DNA of 64,000 bases from an uncultured Gammaproteobacteria bacterium (GCA_964353785.1 CAYGWK010000004.1:22730-86729); one strand, 5' to 3'. Positions 46,458-56,295 are shown, numbered from the stretch's first letter. Notes: a model not told the origin generated them from the letters alone. Translations and numbers: made by a program.

Positions 46458-49400
46458 ATGACTGCCCAAGAAAAATTAAAAATTCTTCATAAAGTTTTAA
46501 AAGAAGGTTCTTCGGTTTCTTCTGTGTGTCGCCAAAACAAAATTTCCCGAAAAACTTTTTATTTTTGGAAGAAAAAATATTTATCCGCTGGGCCGAGGAA
46601 TAAGACATCTTGTTTGGAGAAACGCCATTTAAGAGGCCTACAGCATCCCAGAGGCTTAAAGCTTCGCTTTAAAAAAGACATTTTGAGGCTAGCAACACTT
46701 CACCCAGAACTTGGGAGCCACTCTCTTAGCAAAATCTTAAAAGAAAAAGACAAATTTTTGTCAAATCACGGGGTCTATACCTTATTAAAAGAGTTAGGTC
46801 TTGAAACTAGAGAGAAAAGAAAAGAATTTGCAGGTTATTATCGTAGTCCGTTAAGGCTTTTACCAGAGACGAGGAAGCGATTGGTGGAGGAGGTTGTCCT
46901 GGTTGGCAGAGGAATAAGTGAGGCAGCCAGAGAATATAAAGTTAGCCGGAAAACGCTTTGGAAATGGGCAAAAAGGTATAAAAAAGCCCAGGAAGCGCAG
47001 ATTGAGCTTGTATTGGCTCTCAAGGACCAAAATCCAACTGGCTCGGCTCATCCTCGAGGAACACCGGAATGGCTGGAAAGGAAGATTTTGGAGCATGTGG
47101 TTCGAAATCCAGAATATTCAACTCATAAATTAGCCCAAATTATTCCTCAAATCGGCAATCATGGGATACAGAATGTTTTATTTCGAAATAGTTTGAACAC
47201 TTTTGATAGGAGACTGGAATATGCTCGAATTCATGCTCCTGTTTCCCTAGTGCAACCAATCACTGGCTGGTTGGATCGCTTGCGAAGCGTCTGGCAGACT
47301 TTTGTTCCGACTATCGCTCCCGCTCCTCCCCCCAAGCTAATCAAACCTTTTTTGCTCTCCCTAGGGTCTTCTTCAGCTTTAGCTCTTCTTTTTCTTCTCT
47401 GGCTTCAGATGTTTTCTGGACAATCACTTTCTAGTAAATTAGGTCTATTTTCTGCTTCAATTTCTTTATTTGTTGGCTCTCTCTTTTTCTTATATTCAAT
47501 GAAATATTACTTTACTTTGGCAATAGTGCTCTCCTTTTCAAGTCAAACAGGACCCTTCGACTCCGCTCAGGGTAAAGAATCAGGAGAACAGGGAATGAAA
47601 GGCTGGTTAGCCAGAATATTTGGGAGAAATGGAGAGTGGAGAATGGAGAATGGAGAAAAACTTATTGCTGGAGGACTTCAACCAAACCTGGAACATATAA
47701 AGCTCAAGCGTTATCCTTTTATCTCTGTCCACCTACCTTTTTATAATGAGAAGAAAGTGGCCGAGCGGATTTTATCTGCCTGTACTTCTTTTGATTACGA
47801 GAACTATGAAGTAGTGGTCATTGATGATTCAACTGATGAGACGACGACCATTGTTCAGCGGTTTGCTGATCAATGGAATAAACAAATAAATACCAATAAA
47901 CCAATGATTAGAGTCATTCACCGTCCAACTCGGCAAGGATTTAAGGGTGGAGCCCTTCGGGAAGCCTTAAAACACACTAATCCCAAAGCCGAATTTATCG
48001 TTGTCTTTGATGCTGATTTTATACCGTACCCGGATACGCTGGAATTATTTATTAAGTATTTCAAAGTAAATAACAATGGTTCAGAAGACTACATTAAAAA
48101 CAATGTTGCCGCTGTTGCCGGATACCAGTGGCATGTTTTGAATAAATCAGAGAATTGGATAACCAGGGGAGTGAGAACAGAATATTCAGGCAGTTATGTC
48201 ATTGAAAGACCTGGACAGGAGATTTTAGGGGCAATGAAACTTATTCATGGTTCAGTTTACGCCATAAGAAGCGATCTTTTAAAAAAGATTGGTTGGGGAA
48301 CTTCAATTACCGAAGATTTTGAATTAACCCTTCGACTATACGCTCAGGGCTACAAAGTCATTTACACTCCTTATATTCAAGGACCGGCAGAGTGCGTCTC
48401 AACTATCAAGCGTTTAATCCGCCAAAGAATGCGTTGGAGCGAAGGACACTCACATTGTGTAAAGAAGATGTTTTTAAGGCTCCTTAGCACTCCTCGCATG
48501 AATTTGCCAGAAAAACTGGAATTCTTATACATCTCTCCCTACTATCTTCAGGCTTTTTTCTTTTTAGTGGGAACTTTTTCCTGGCTTTTAGCGGAAACTG
48601 TTTTTCGCGCCCGACTGCCTTTCTGGACCTCTTTATGGGGCTGGAGTTTGGTTTTAACCAATTTCTTTGCCCTACCTTTAATGAATGCCGTTGGTTTATT
48701 TTTGGAGGAAGCCGAGGAGAAAGACTATTTAGGTCTTTTGTCTTTTGTTGCCCTTTCCTATATTTTAGTTCCTTTTCAAGCCTATGCTTCAGTTAAAGGC
48801 TTTTTGGAAAAACAAGAAGGACCTTGGTTTCGGACTCCAAAAACAGGCTTAATTACTGATATCTTCACCCGAGGAAAGTTTTATCGCTGGATTTCGGGGA
48901 TTATTCCCGGGCGCATAGCGCCCGCGATGAGCACAGATATCAGTGCTAATCCCTATCTCGCTTTGGCGACGGCCAATAATCAGTTTAATCAATTTAAAAT
49001 CAGGCGCCGGCATTTAAAATGGGTGGGAAATTTAAGCGTGGTTGGAGTTAGCTTGATGAGTATTATTTTACTGATGATGGCCCCTCTTATTCCCCTTGCT
49101 TCTGCTCCAGCCTCGGCTCAAACAGGCGGTTTTAGAAGTCTTAAAAATGCTGTTCCTTCTTCCCAGGTAAAATTGGCGAAGGAGGTAATCGAAAGCCCGG
49201 TCAATGTCAGTTATGAACTGGGTGAGGGCAGTTTGGAATATATTTTTCATCCTGAACCAAGGGTGAGAGTCAAACTAGGCAATAAAGAAATAGAAACCAG
49301 GGTGGCTAAATCTGACGGCGGGGGCAATCCGCTTCCAGAAAAGGCTTACAAGGAGGGAATCATTTATACTTATCGGGAAATTTTTGAAGGTGTTGATCTC

Positions 49401-50954
49401 CGTTATATAGCTGATATCGAAAAGCTAAAAGAGGAATTTATTCTTAATGAAGATAGAGAATTTGAATCAGTTGAGATGGAAGTTAGATTAACCGGTTTGG
49501 TTTTAGCCCAGGTTGGAGAAGAGATTCAAGTTGCTCCAGCAGAAGGAGGCGAGTCTTTGTTTTATTTCCAAAAACCCTATCTTTATGAAGAGAAAAATCC
49601 GGAAAATAAAAGCCAGGGAATTAAATACGAGATGGAAAAAAGTCAATTTGGCTGGAGGATAAAGAAGGTTTTAACTGATGAGGGAAAAAACTGGCTATCA
49701 GATCCTGCCCGAGATTTTCCGGTGGTTCTTGACCCGACTTTGGTTAAATCAAATGTAGAAGCTTCAGGGATGACAGATGTTGAAACAAGATATCCGGGCA
49801 TTAACCGAAAGATTGCCTATGTTTCCGGTACCGTCGATGGAGCCGCTTGGTACGTAGTGCACGCCAACGGTAACCAAATAATTTATAGGCGTTGTTTGGT
49901 AAGCTCCGGCTGTAATGAAGACGGTGACTGGTCGGCCGCTCAGGATATTGACGATGATGCTTCTGCCAACCATGTTGCCCCCACTCTTTATTATAAATCA
50001 GCAGATAGGCTTTGGGTCGGGTGGACAGATAATTCCGGTGCTGATCCTGATGACACTCTCCATCTTCGTTACATTGATACCACGAGCTCCTTTCCGCACA
50101 GTTTGGGAACGCATTGCGAAACGCTTGATTTAGGGACTATTGGCGGAAACTTCAATACGATTTTTGCTGTTGGCGATAACAGCCATGCGGTTATCGGGAC
50201 CCAGTGTCTTGAAGGAACAGGGACGACATCTTATCTTGTTGATATGAATACTTCGGATTGTACTTATGTATCTATTTTGGCCGGCAGCGGAATGGAAAGC
50301 GGAGTGACAGATTTAGCTGCTTCTGCCGTTGCCCTGGGAAACAATATTAGTATTATCTATGAAGACAACGGACCTACGCCCGATGATTTACGCCATAGTG
50401 TTTATGATGTTTCTACGGGCGTGTGGGACAGTATTGATAACGATGTTGACGGCGCGGACAATATCGACGAAGCGGAGGATTTTTCTGTGACAACCGATGG
50501 AACCAGCATTTGGGTTTTGGCGGTTGATGGGACAACGGATACTGATTTTTTCCGCTGCAGCAGCTGTTTGGACACCGCTCCTTCCTGGACGCAGTCTGAT
50601 GAGATTCCTTGGAGCGGGCAATCAAACGTGACTGAAGCTTCCTTGACTTATATTTCAGGAACAAGCAGTCTGGCTGCTTTTGTGATGAAGGATACCACCA
50701 ACGAGCAAGTTTATACAAAGAGTACTCTTATCGGTACAATTTCCTGGGGGACGGAGTATTCGCTCAGTTATACTGCTGGTACCAATGGCAATCTTTCTTC
50801 GGTGATGAGTGTTGCCAGCGAAGATGATATTGGTGTGGTGATTCTTGAAGGAGTAGCCTTGCGTTTTTCTACCATTCCGGAAAATAGTTTGATTTTTCTA
50901 ATTCTTGCCCCATTTTTGCCTGGAGTAATTAGGAAATTGAGAAGGTATAATTAA
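46458..50954 (+). CDS. Tandem IS481-type HTH + GT2 (cellulose-synthase-like) + extracellular domain + PEP-CTERM-like tail
   Basis: Two ISRKTFY.W...HP.....L....NHG modules; DDSTD, DADF, TED, RQRMRW, FRTPK; WLSDPARDFPVVLDPT; IPE-TM-RKLRR end. Confidence 0.85.
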   Translation: MTAQEKLKILHKVLKEGSSVSSVCRQNKISRKTFYFWKKKYLSAGPRNKTSCLEKRHLRGLQHPRGLKLRFKKDILRLATLHPELGSHSLSKILKEKDKFLSNHGVYTLLKELGLETREKRKEFAGYYRSPLRLLPETRKRLVEEVVLVGRGISEAAREYKVSRKTLWKWAKRYKKAQEAQIELVLALKDQNPTGSAHPRGTPEWLERKILEHVVRNPEYSTHKLAQIIPQIGNHGIQNVLFRNSLNTFDRRLEYARIHAPVSLVQPITGWLDRLRSVWQTFVPTIAPAPPPKLIKPFLLSLGSSSALALLFLLWLQMFSGQSLSSKLGLFSASISLFVGSLFFLYSMKYYFTLAIVLSFSSQTGPFDSAQGKESGEQGMKGWLARIFGRNGEWRMENGEKLIAGGLQPNLEHIKLKRYPFISVHLPFYNEKKVAERILSACTSFDYENYEVVVIDDSTDETTTIVQRFADQWNKQINTNKPMIRVIHRPTRQGFKGGALREALKHTNPKAEFIVVFDADFIPYPDTLELFIKYFKVNNNGSEDYIKNNVAAVAGYQWHVLNKSENWITRGVRTEYSGSYVIERPGQEILGAMKLIHGSVYAIRSDLLKKIGWGTSITEDFELTLRLYAQGYKVIYTPYIQGPAECVSTIKRLIRQRMRWSEGHSHCVKKMFLRLLSTPRMNLPEKLEFLYISPYYLQAFFFLVGTFSWLLAETVFRARLPFWTSLWGWSLVLTNFFALPLMNAVGLFLEEAEEKDYLGLLSFVALSYILVPFQAYASVKGFLEKQEGPWFRTPKTGLITDIFTRGKFYRWISGIIPGRIAPAMSTDISANPYLALATANNQFNQFKIRRRHLKWVGNLSVVGVSLMSIILLMMAPLIPLASAPASAQTGGFRSLKNAVPSSQVKLAKEVIESPVNVSYELGEGSLEYIFHPEPRVRVKLGNKEIETRVAKSDGGGNPLPEKAYKEGIIYTYREIFEGVDLRYIADIEKLKEEFILNEDREFESVEMEVRLTGLVLAQVGEEIQVAPAEGGESLFYFQKPYLYEEKNPENKSQGIKYEMEKSQFGWRIKKVLTDEGKNWLSDPARDFPVVLDPTLVKSNVEASGMTDVETRYPGINRKIAYVSGTVDGAAWYVVHANGNQIIYRRCLVSSGCNEDGDWSAAQDIDDDASANHVAPTLYYKSADRLWVGWTDNSGADPDDTLHLRYIDTTSSFPHSLGTHCETLDLGTIGGNFNTIFAVGDNSHAVIGTQCLEGTGTTSYLVDMNTSDCTYVSILAGSGMESGVTDLAASAVALGNNISIIYEDNGPTPDDLRHSVYDVSTGVWDSIDNDVDGADNIDEAEDFSVTTDGTSIWVLAVDGTTDTDFFRCSSCLDTAPSWTQSDEIPWSGQSNVTEASLTYISGTSSLAAFVMKDTTNEQVYTKSTLIGTISWGTEYSLSYTAGTNGNLSSVMSVASEDDIGVVILEGVALRFSTIPENSLIFLILAPFLPGVIRKLRRYN

Positions 50955-50994
50955 GATATGTTTCCACGCGGCAAGATTTTTTGCCCCCCCTTGT

Positions 50995-51053
50995 TACCCA
51001 ATAGGTGTTTACATTAAATTTTGAGGCAGATAGTATCCATTAAGTCTTAACAA
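50995..51053 (+). promoter_or_regulatory. Two TAYCCA-N8-TWACA motifs upstream of a GT-C gene
   Basis: TACCCAATAGGTGTTTACA (50995) and TATCCATTAAGTCTTAACA (51034); extended -10 TGGTATAAT at 51063. Confidence 0.6.
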
Positions 51054-51078
51054 ATGAAGAAATGGTATAATAAGTTGT

Positions 51079-52701
51079 ATGTTTGGCTACCCAACCCAAA
51101 TTTCTCTTATTCCTACCACTGTCGCTCTGGTTAGATTTATCGAGGAACACGGTTTTGTCTCCTGGTATCCTTATTGGTATCTAGGAAACCCATTACATTA
51201 TCTTACTGGTCCAATTTTGCCAGTAATTTGCCTAGTGTTGCATAGGATATTTCCAGCCCTTAATTTCTTTGATATTGTCTACATTTTAATTTTTTTCTCT
51301 TTCATTTTAGGTCCTTTAGGTCTTTTTTTCTTCGTCCGCAAACTTTCCGGCAACTTTTTCTTGTCTCTTGTCTCTTTTCTCTTCTTTCTTTTTCTGCCTT
51401 GGCACTATTTTTCTGGCCTGGTTTTAGATAATGGCAGTCATATTTTAGCCCTAATGGTTCTCCCTTGGGTCCTTTGGTTAAGTCTTTTTGCTTTGGAAAA
51501 GTGGCATAAAGCCTGGGTTATCCTCGCCACGCTCGCGATGGCTTTTGTTATATTAATAGATAGTTTGATAGGGGTTCCTCTGGTGGTGGGACTAGTTCTT
51601 TTTGTATCACTTAAGATACTGAAATCAACTGAAGGCATTGAGATAAAGATTGCTAAAGCACTTTTTTTATTAGTCTTAGGTTGGCTTTTGACCTTCTGGT
51701 GGTTTAGTCCGGGGTACTGGCTGACAATTCTTCAGGCTCCATCCTTAGCCGGGAAGGGGCTTTTAAGTGTTGTAGTTTGGTTAGGAAGACTGCTTTTAAA
51801 CCTAGTTCCCCTGGTTCTGGCGGTTTTTTCCGTTTCTCGATTCAAAAAAATTAAAGATAGAACCTTAATTTTTACTTTAGGTTGGCTTGGGTTTTTTGGT
51901 TTTCTGACTTTGATGAGATTTCTGTCTGACCCGGATTTCTGGCAGGACTGGTCAAGTTACGGAGTAGAGTTGGAGTTAGGGATAGCGATGGCGCTGGGGT
52001 TAATTTTGAACAGATGGAAGTTTTCAGTGTTTCAGAAAATATTCAGCGTTTCTGTGATTCTGGGCTTGGCGGCAGTTTGGGGCTATGCCTTTAGGTGGAC
52101 GCCACTTCTGATTCCCAGGAAAAATATAGAAAACACCGTTGAGTACCGGATTGGCAAACAGCTATCCGAGATTGCTAAGCCCCTTTCGGCAAGCTCAGGG
52201 CAAGCTGGCGAACGAGTTTTTCTTTCAGGCTCAACTGCTTTTTGGTTAAATGCCTTTTTTGACATTCCCCAGGTTCGGGGTGGGAAAGATGAGACTTCGG
52301 TTGAGCCTTTATGGAGACAAGCGGCTTGGGAAATACGAGAGGGCCCTTCGACAAGCTCAGGGCAGGAAAACACGGAAAAATGGCTGAAAACACTGAATGT
52401 TTCTTATTTAGTGGTTCACACCCAAGATTCTGAAGAATATTACCATGATTTTTCCCACCCGGAAAAATTTGAGTCTGCCAAATCGCTTAAAAAGGTTTTT
52501 TCGGATAAAGGGGATGTTGTTTATCGGGTTGAAGGAGTGGTTCCGTCGCTAAAAGAAGAAGAATATAAAGACTGGACAAAACCAATTGGTTGGGGGATAA
52601 GTCTTTTAGCGGTTCTAGTTCTTTTTCTTTTTCCAAAATCTTGGGAATTATTGTCCGCCAAAATGCCTAAATTGGATTTGGGTGGAGAAGAGAATTATTA
52701 A
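51079..52701 (+). CDS. Polytopic membrane protein, probable GT-C glycosyltransferase
   Basis: WYPYWYLGNP..YL.GP N-terminal loop, many TMs, C-terminal soluble domain; may be N-terminally shortened. Confidence 0.65.
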   Translation: MFGYPTQISLIPTTVALVRFIEEHGFVSWYPYWYLGNPLHYLTGPILPVICLVLHRIFPALNFFDIVYILIFFSFILGPLGLFFFVRKLSGNFFLSLVSFLFFLFLPWHYFSGLVLDNGSHILALMVLPWVLWLSLFALEKWHKAWVILATLAMAFVILIDSLIGVPLVVGLVLFVSLKILKSTEGIEIKIAKALFLLVLGWLLTFWWFSPGYWLTILQAPSLAGKGLLSVVVWLGRLLLNLVPLVLAVFSVSRFKKIKDRTLIFTLGWLGFFGFLTLMRFLSDPDFWQDWSSYGVELELGIAMALGLILNRWKFSVFQKIFSVSVILGLAAVWGYAFRWTPLLIPRKNIENTVEYRIGKQLSEIAKPLSASSGQAGERVFLSGSTAFWLNAFFDIPQVRGGKDETSVEPLWRQAAWEIREGPSTSSGQENTEKWLKTLNVSYLVVHTQDSEEYYHDFSHPEKFESAKSLKKVFSDKGDVVYRVEGVVPSLKEEEYKDWTKPIGWGISLLAVLVLFLFPKSWELLSAKMPKLDLGGEENY

Positions 52702-52831
52702 AAAACCACCAAGGGAGAAATTTTTCGCCCTCTTAAATCCAGGACTATCCTGGAACGGGCACCATAATTGTGGTATAATCCAATTCCGAATTTTGGCTCT
52801 TTGAAATTTTAACCCTTAAAGGAGGCTTAAG

Positions 52832-53677
52832 GTGTTTAAGAAACAAGAGTTAGTTCCACTCAAATACGGAGGCTCGCGGATAAAACTGGCAGTTGAGGTT
52901 GCTCTCTTTGCCGTTTCGGCAATTATTTACACAGCGCTCATGGGAATCCTGGGAGCGATGGCACTCTTAGCGTTCATCTTGATCCATGAAGGCGGTCATG
53001 TTTGGGCCATGGAAAAAGTAGGAGTTCGACTTAAAGGGATTTATTTCCTTCCCCTTCTAGGAGCAGCCGTAATTCCAGAAGGAAACTTTCGTTCCTATAA
53101 AGCCGAATTCTATACCGCCATCATGGGTCCAACAATGGATTTGACATTCGCCTTGATTGCCCTAGTCAGCTACTGGTATACCAGGAGCGTTGTCTTCCCA
53201 ACAATTGCCGCTATGTTTGCCTTCATGGACCTTCTTAACCTTTTGCCAGTTTTACCTCTAGATGGAGGGTTGATGTTCAAGTCAATTACTTTTTCCCTTT
53301 CGCCTAAAATCAAACTCCTCCTCATCGCCCTTGGATTTCTGGCTGTCTTGCTGGTGGTCACCGCGATATTTGTTCTACCCAGCGCTTTCATTCTTCTTCT
53401 CGCCACTGTTACGGGTAGAATCCCTGACTCATGCTTCTCAATTGGTCTAGCCCTATTTGCTGCTTTCCTAATTGGTTGGGCTCTTTTGCAAAGTAAAGCG
53501 CTGGCTCAAGAAGAGAAGATGGTCAAAGAAAGAATGACAAAAGTGGAAACCGCGGTTCATTCGCTTTTGTATACGATGTTAGCGGGAACTCTGCTTTTAG
53601 TCATCACCGCCAGTTTAGTGCTAATCATAGCCAATCCAGAAGGGCTACTAGATTTTGCGAGCCTCCGAATTCCCTAA
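52832..53677 (+). CDS. Site-2 protease (M50 family)
   Basis: HEGGH in a TM, AIMGP, NLLPVLPLDGG; AGGAGG SD. Confidence 0.88.
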   Translation: MFKKQELVPLKYGGSRIKLAVEVALFAVSAIIYTALMGILGAMALLAFILIHEGGHVWAMEKVGVRLKGIYFLPLLGAAVIPEGNFRSYKAEFYTAIMGPTMDLTFALIALVSYWYTRSVVFPTIAAMFAFMDLLNLLPVLPLDGGLMFKSITFSLSPKIKLLLIALGFLAVLLVVTAIFVLPSAFILLLATVTGRIPDSCFSIGLALFAAFLIGWALLQSKALAQEEKMVKERMTKVETAVHSLLYTMLAGTLLLVITASLVLIIANPEGLLDFASLRIP

Positions 53678-53679
53678 GT

Positions 53680-53738
53680 GGCCACCTGAGTGGTTTCTAA
53701 ATTTCCAAACCACAAAATGGTGGCCTCTTTCTTTTTTT
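53680..53738 (+). terminator. Long hairpin terminator
   Basis: GGCCACC..GTGGTTT/AAACCAC..GGTGGCC followed by a T-rich run. Confidence 0.6.
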
Positions 53739-53824
53739 ACCAAATTCAGGAAGTTTATTTGGGAGCAAATAAGTGTTGTGCGGGGGAGCGGAGATTCAAC
53801 ACCCGGTGTTGGTTTCTTGATTTC

Positions 53825-53971
53825 TCATTCCATTTCTTCAATTTTGCTTTCTAACTCATCTACCCTATCTTTTAAGTCTTGAATTGTTCTGTTATTTTCC
53901 AACGGACAGAGATTACTTCCTGCATTAGCGCAGGTTGTACACATTGACCAATCAAAATTGCAATTTGCCAT
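53825..53971 (-). CDS. Small Cys-rich coiled-coil protein (48 aa, absent from the ORF track)
   Basis: MANCNFDWSMCTTCANAGSNLCPLENNRTIQDLKDRVDELESKIEEME*; GCGGTGAG upstream. Confidence 0.5.
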   Translation of the reverse strand: MANCNFDWSMCTTCANAGSNLCPLENNRTIQDLKDRVDELESKIEEME

Positions 53972-54009
53972 TTTTACTCACCGCTTTTTCAAGAGCACAA
54001 AAAAACTCT

Positions 54010-54789
54010 CTATATTTTTTCCACCAAAACATCTTTTATTAAGGCCCTTTCGGTTCCCGAATTTCTGAAACCAACAGTGCCATACTCAAGATTGATAGGG
54101 AAAGGGATCTTGACCACGCGTCCTTCCGGTTCTTCCTTAAATTCAAACATGACTGCTCCATGGGGAATTAACCATTCTCGATTAAAGACACAGTTTTTAT
54201 CTTCATAAAGCTTTATTCCTATAGAATTTTTTTCGCAAGATAGAATAACCCTATACCATTTATCTAAGGCTAATTTTTTAGCAAATTTCAAATTTGTCTC
54301 TTCCGCCTCCCAAGCTCTCCAACCTCCGTTAATTCTTATATGGGGACGGATTCCATTTTCTCCAACTTGTAGCATCACATAGTTAGAAAGATTTATCGCT
54401 CTTGCTACTACACCCAAGCAAGAATTTACGATTTTAAATTCTAAGCTCAGATTATAGTCACTCCAGCTTAGACACTTTGAATAAATGAATCCTGGTTCGG
54501 AATCTGTAATGACAAAACACTTTTGGGGCCTAAGGTACTCAAATTTGCCCTTCCCAAGCCAATCATCCCTATCCTCTCTTTTGGTCAATGGAATAAAATA
54601 GAAGTCCTTGTCTCTAACTCGGAGAAGAATAACCACAAAGAGAGAGGTGGCAGTAATCATTACAGATAAAAAGAGAAGGGTTCTTGGGTCCGCAGCATAC
54701 CTGAAAGCCAAAAAGTATGAAATAAGTGCGGAGATAGCAGTCAAAAGGTCGAATTTATAATTTTTTGTAAAATAAAGTATTCTTTTCAT
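54010..54789 (-). CDS. Two-TM protein with a beta-sandwich (lectin/DUF1080-like) domain
   Basis: WSDYNLSLEFKI, KWYRV, GTVGFR..IKDV pattern. Confidence 0.6.
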   Translation of the reverse strand: MKRILYFTKNYKFDLLTAISALISYFLAFRYAADPRTLLFLSVMITATSLFVVILLRVRDKDFYFIPLTKREDRDDWLGKGKFEYLRPQKCFVITDSEPGFIYSKCLSWSDYNLSLEFKIVNSCLGVVARAINLSNYVMLQVGENGIRPHIRINGGWRAWEAEETNLKFAKKLALDKWYRVILSCEKNSIGIKLYEDKNCVFNREWLIPHGAVMFEFKEEPEGRVVKIPFPINLEYGTVGFRNSGTERALIKDVLVEKI

Positions 54790-55346
54790 TTTTTCTCAAT
54801 TTTATGCCTTGATTTCAAGAACTCAGCGGTAAGCGTGGCCACAATCTCATGGGGTTTTTCATCTGCTTTATCTGAACGTAACTGTTCATTGTCTAAATCA
54901 ATAAAATTCTGCGACTTAACATTTCTACTTTTATCACCTATGTAAACGACTGCTATTTTACGCCCATCATTTGTATAACCAAGTTTTGCTTCTACCCAAT
55001 GCTGTTCATCTTCACTTCTATCTTTAATTGGTTGTATTGGGCTATCGAGAGAAATGGTTTTTAATTTATTATCTAATTTCGCTTGGTATGCGATGTGAGC
55101 AAGTCGCCTCAATTCAATTACGTTTCTCTCTAGCTCATGCCTTCTCTTACATATGGGACAAATCCCAAGTTTATAGTTCTCTTCTCTGAACTCTAGAACG
55201 GCTCCACATTCCAAACACATCGGCCCAGTGATTTCGTAAATTTCTTTAACATTTATATCATTCTCACTCACTCTAAAAACAGGTTTCCAAAAAGCGTTGC
55301 GAAACCTAAACCTCTCCTCTTCTAATGGATAGAACCCTTTCTTCAT
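54786..55346 (-). CDS. Hypothetical zinc-ribbon protein
   Basis: GPMCLECG...CPIC; overlaps the next gene by 4 nt. Confidence 0.6.
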   Translation of the reverse strand: MKKGFYPLEEERFRFRNAFWKPVFRVSENDINVKEIYEITGPMCLECGAVLEFREENYKLGICPICKRRHELERNVIELRRLAHIAYQAKLDNKLKTISLDSPIQPIKDRSEDEQHWVEAKLGYTNDGRKIAVVYIGDKSRNVKSQNFIDLDNEQLRSDKADEKPHEIVATLTAEFLKSRHKIEKK

Positions 55347-55482
55347 AATACAAAGTAATTTAACTCAATTTTTCTCAACTTCCAGCCAAAGTTTTGCAAC
55401 CCTGGTTAATTGTCAGACTAGCACACGGAGTGCTAAAAATCAATAGCTGGCTTTTTTTGGTTTTAGTGATATAATTTTTGGC

Positions 55483-56001
55483 ATGAATGAAAGATTATCA
55501 TCTACCGAGTTTTACGATGCGGTTATCGCTATCGTTGGAAAAACTGACGATAGGAAGGGATACATCCAAGAAACACTCATTCCAAAAATGGATGAGCACA
55601 GAGGAAGAGTTCGACCGCAGACTAGAGAGGAGATTGTTAAAAAGTTATTTTCTGCTGACATGACTAAACCAGGGGAGGCAGTAGAGATTATTGAAGAGGC
55701 AGTTAGGGCTAAAAGAAAGTTAACTCCAGAACTTGCTTTAGAGGTGGCGGATGTAATCTATTATACGCTCCAGCCAAACTGTCCAGATTTTGCAAATAAC
55801 CCGGAGCCATTTATAACAGGTTTAGGGATCGATATGGAGACTGCCTACACCCTCTGTATAGTAAAATATGAAGCCAGACTTCTTTGTGATAGTCTTTCAA
55901 ATTTTAAAGAAATAGAAAAGGAAATAATGACTAGATTTTTAGAAAAAGGAAGAGGATTATTGACCGGCTCGCAAGAGAAGAAAGGCAAGAAAGATCATTA
56001 A
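55483..56001 (+). CDS. Hypothetical protein, possible MazG/HisE-like NTP pyrophosphatase fold
   Basis: EAVE...ELALEVADVIYY motif. Confidence 0.5.
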   Translation: MNERLSSTEFYDAVIAIVGKTDDRKGYIQETLIPKMDEHRGRVRPQTREEIVKKLFSADMTKPGEAVEIIEEAVRAKRKLTPELALEVADVIYYTLQPNCPDFANNPEPFITGLGIDMETAYTLCIVKYEARLLCDSLSNFKEIEKEIMTRFLEKGRGLLTGSQEKKGKKDH

Positions 56002-56295
56002 GATGATATAGACAGTGAGAAGAGCAGTAGTAAACAGGGGAAGCTGACTTTGTTTTTGGGTAGGTGGCGGTGCGCCTGATTCCGGTTTTGCCTCAGAGAT
56101 CTTTTCCTCTATCTCGGGCTTTTTAGCGAAGATATAGTTTAATTCTTCCTTTTTATAATATCTTCGGTTGGTTGGTGAGCGGTGGGCTTTGATGATACCC
56201 CTTTTTTCCCAGCGCCTTAAGGTATCTTTTGAGATTCTTAAAAGTTTGGCAGCTTCACCGATTGAAAGCCAGTCTTGTTGAGTAAGTTCATTCAT
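55957..56295 (-). CDS. MerR-type HTH protein with C-terminal TM anchor
   Basis: LSIGEAAKLLRISKDTLRRWE...R.PTNRRYY; hydrophobic C-terminus. Confidence 0.8.
   Translation of the reverse strand: MNELTQQDWLSIGEAAKLLRISKDTLRRWEKRGIIKAHRSPTNRRYYKKEELNYIFAKKPEIEEKISEAKPESGAPPPTQKQSQLPLFTTALLTVYIILMIFLAFLLLRAGQ

Noticed and set aside
46458-47240. Active IS481 insertion sequence
   Set aside because: No DDE/rve catalytic domain or paired element ends; the HTH modules are in frame with GT2 in both paralogs
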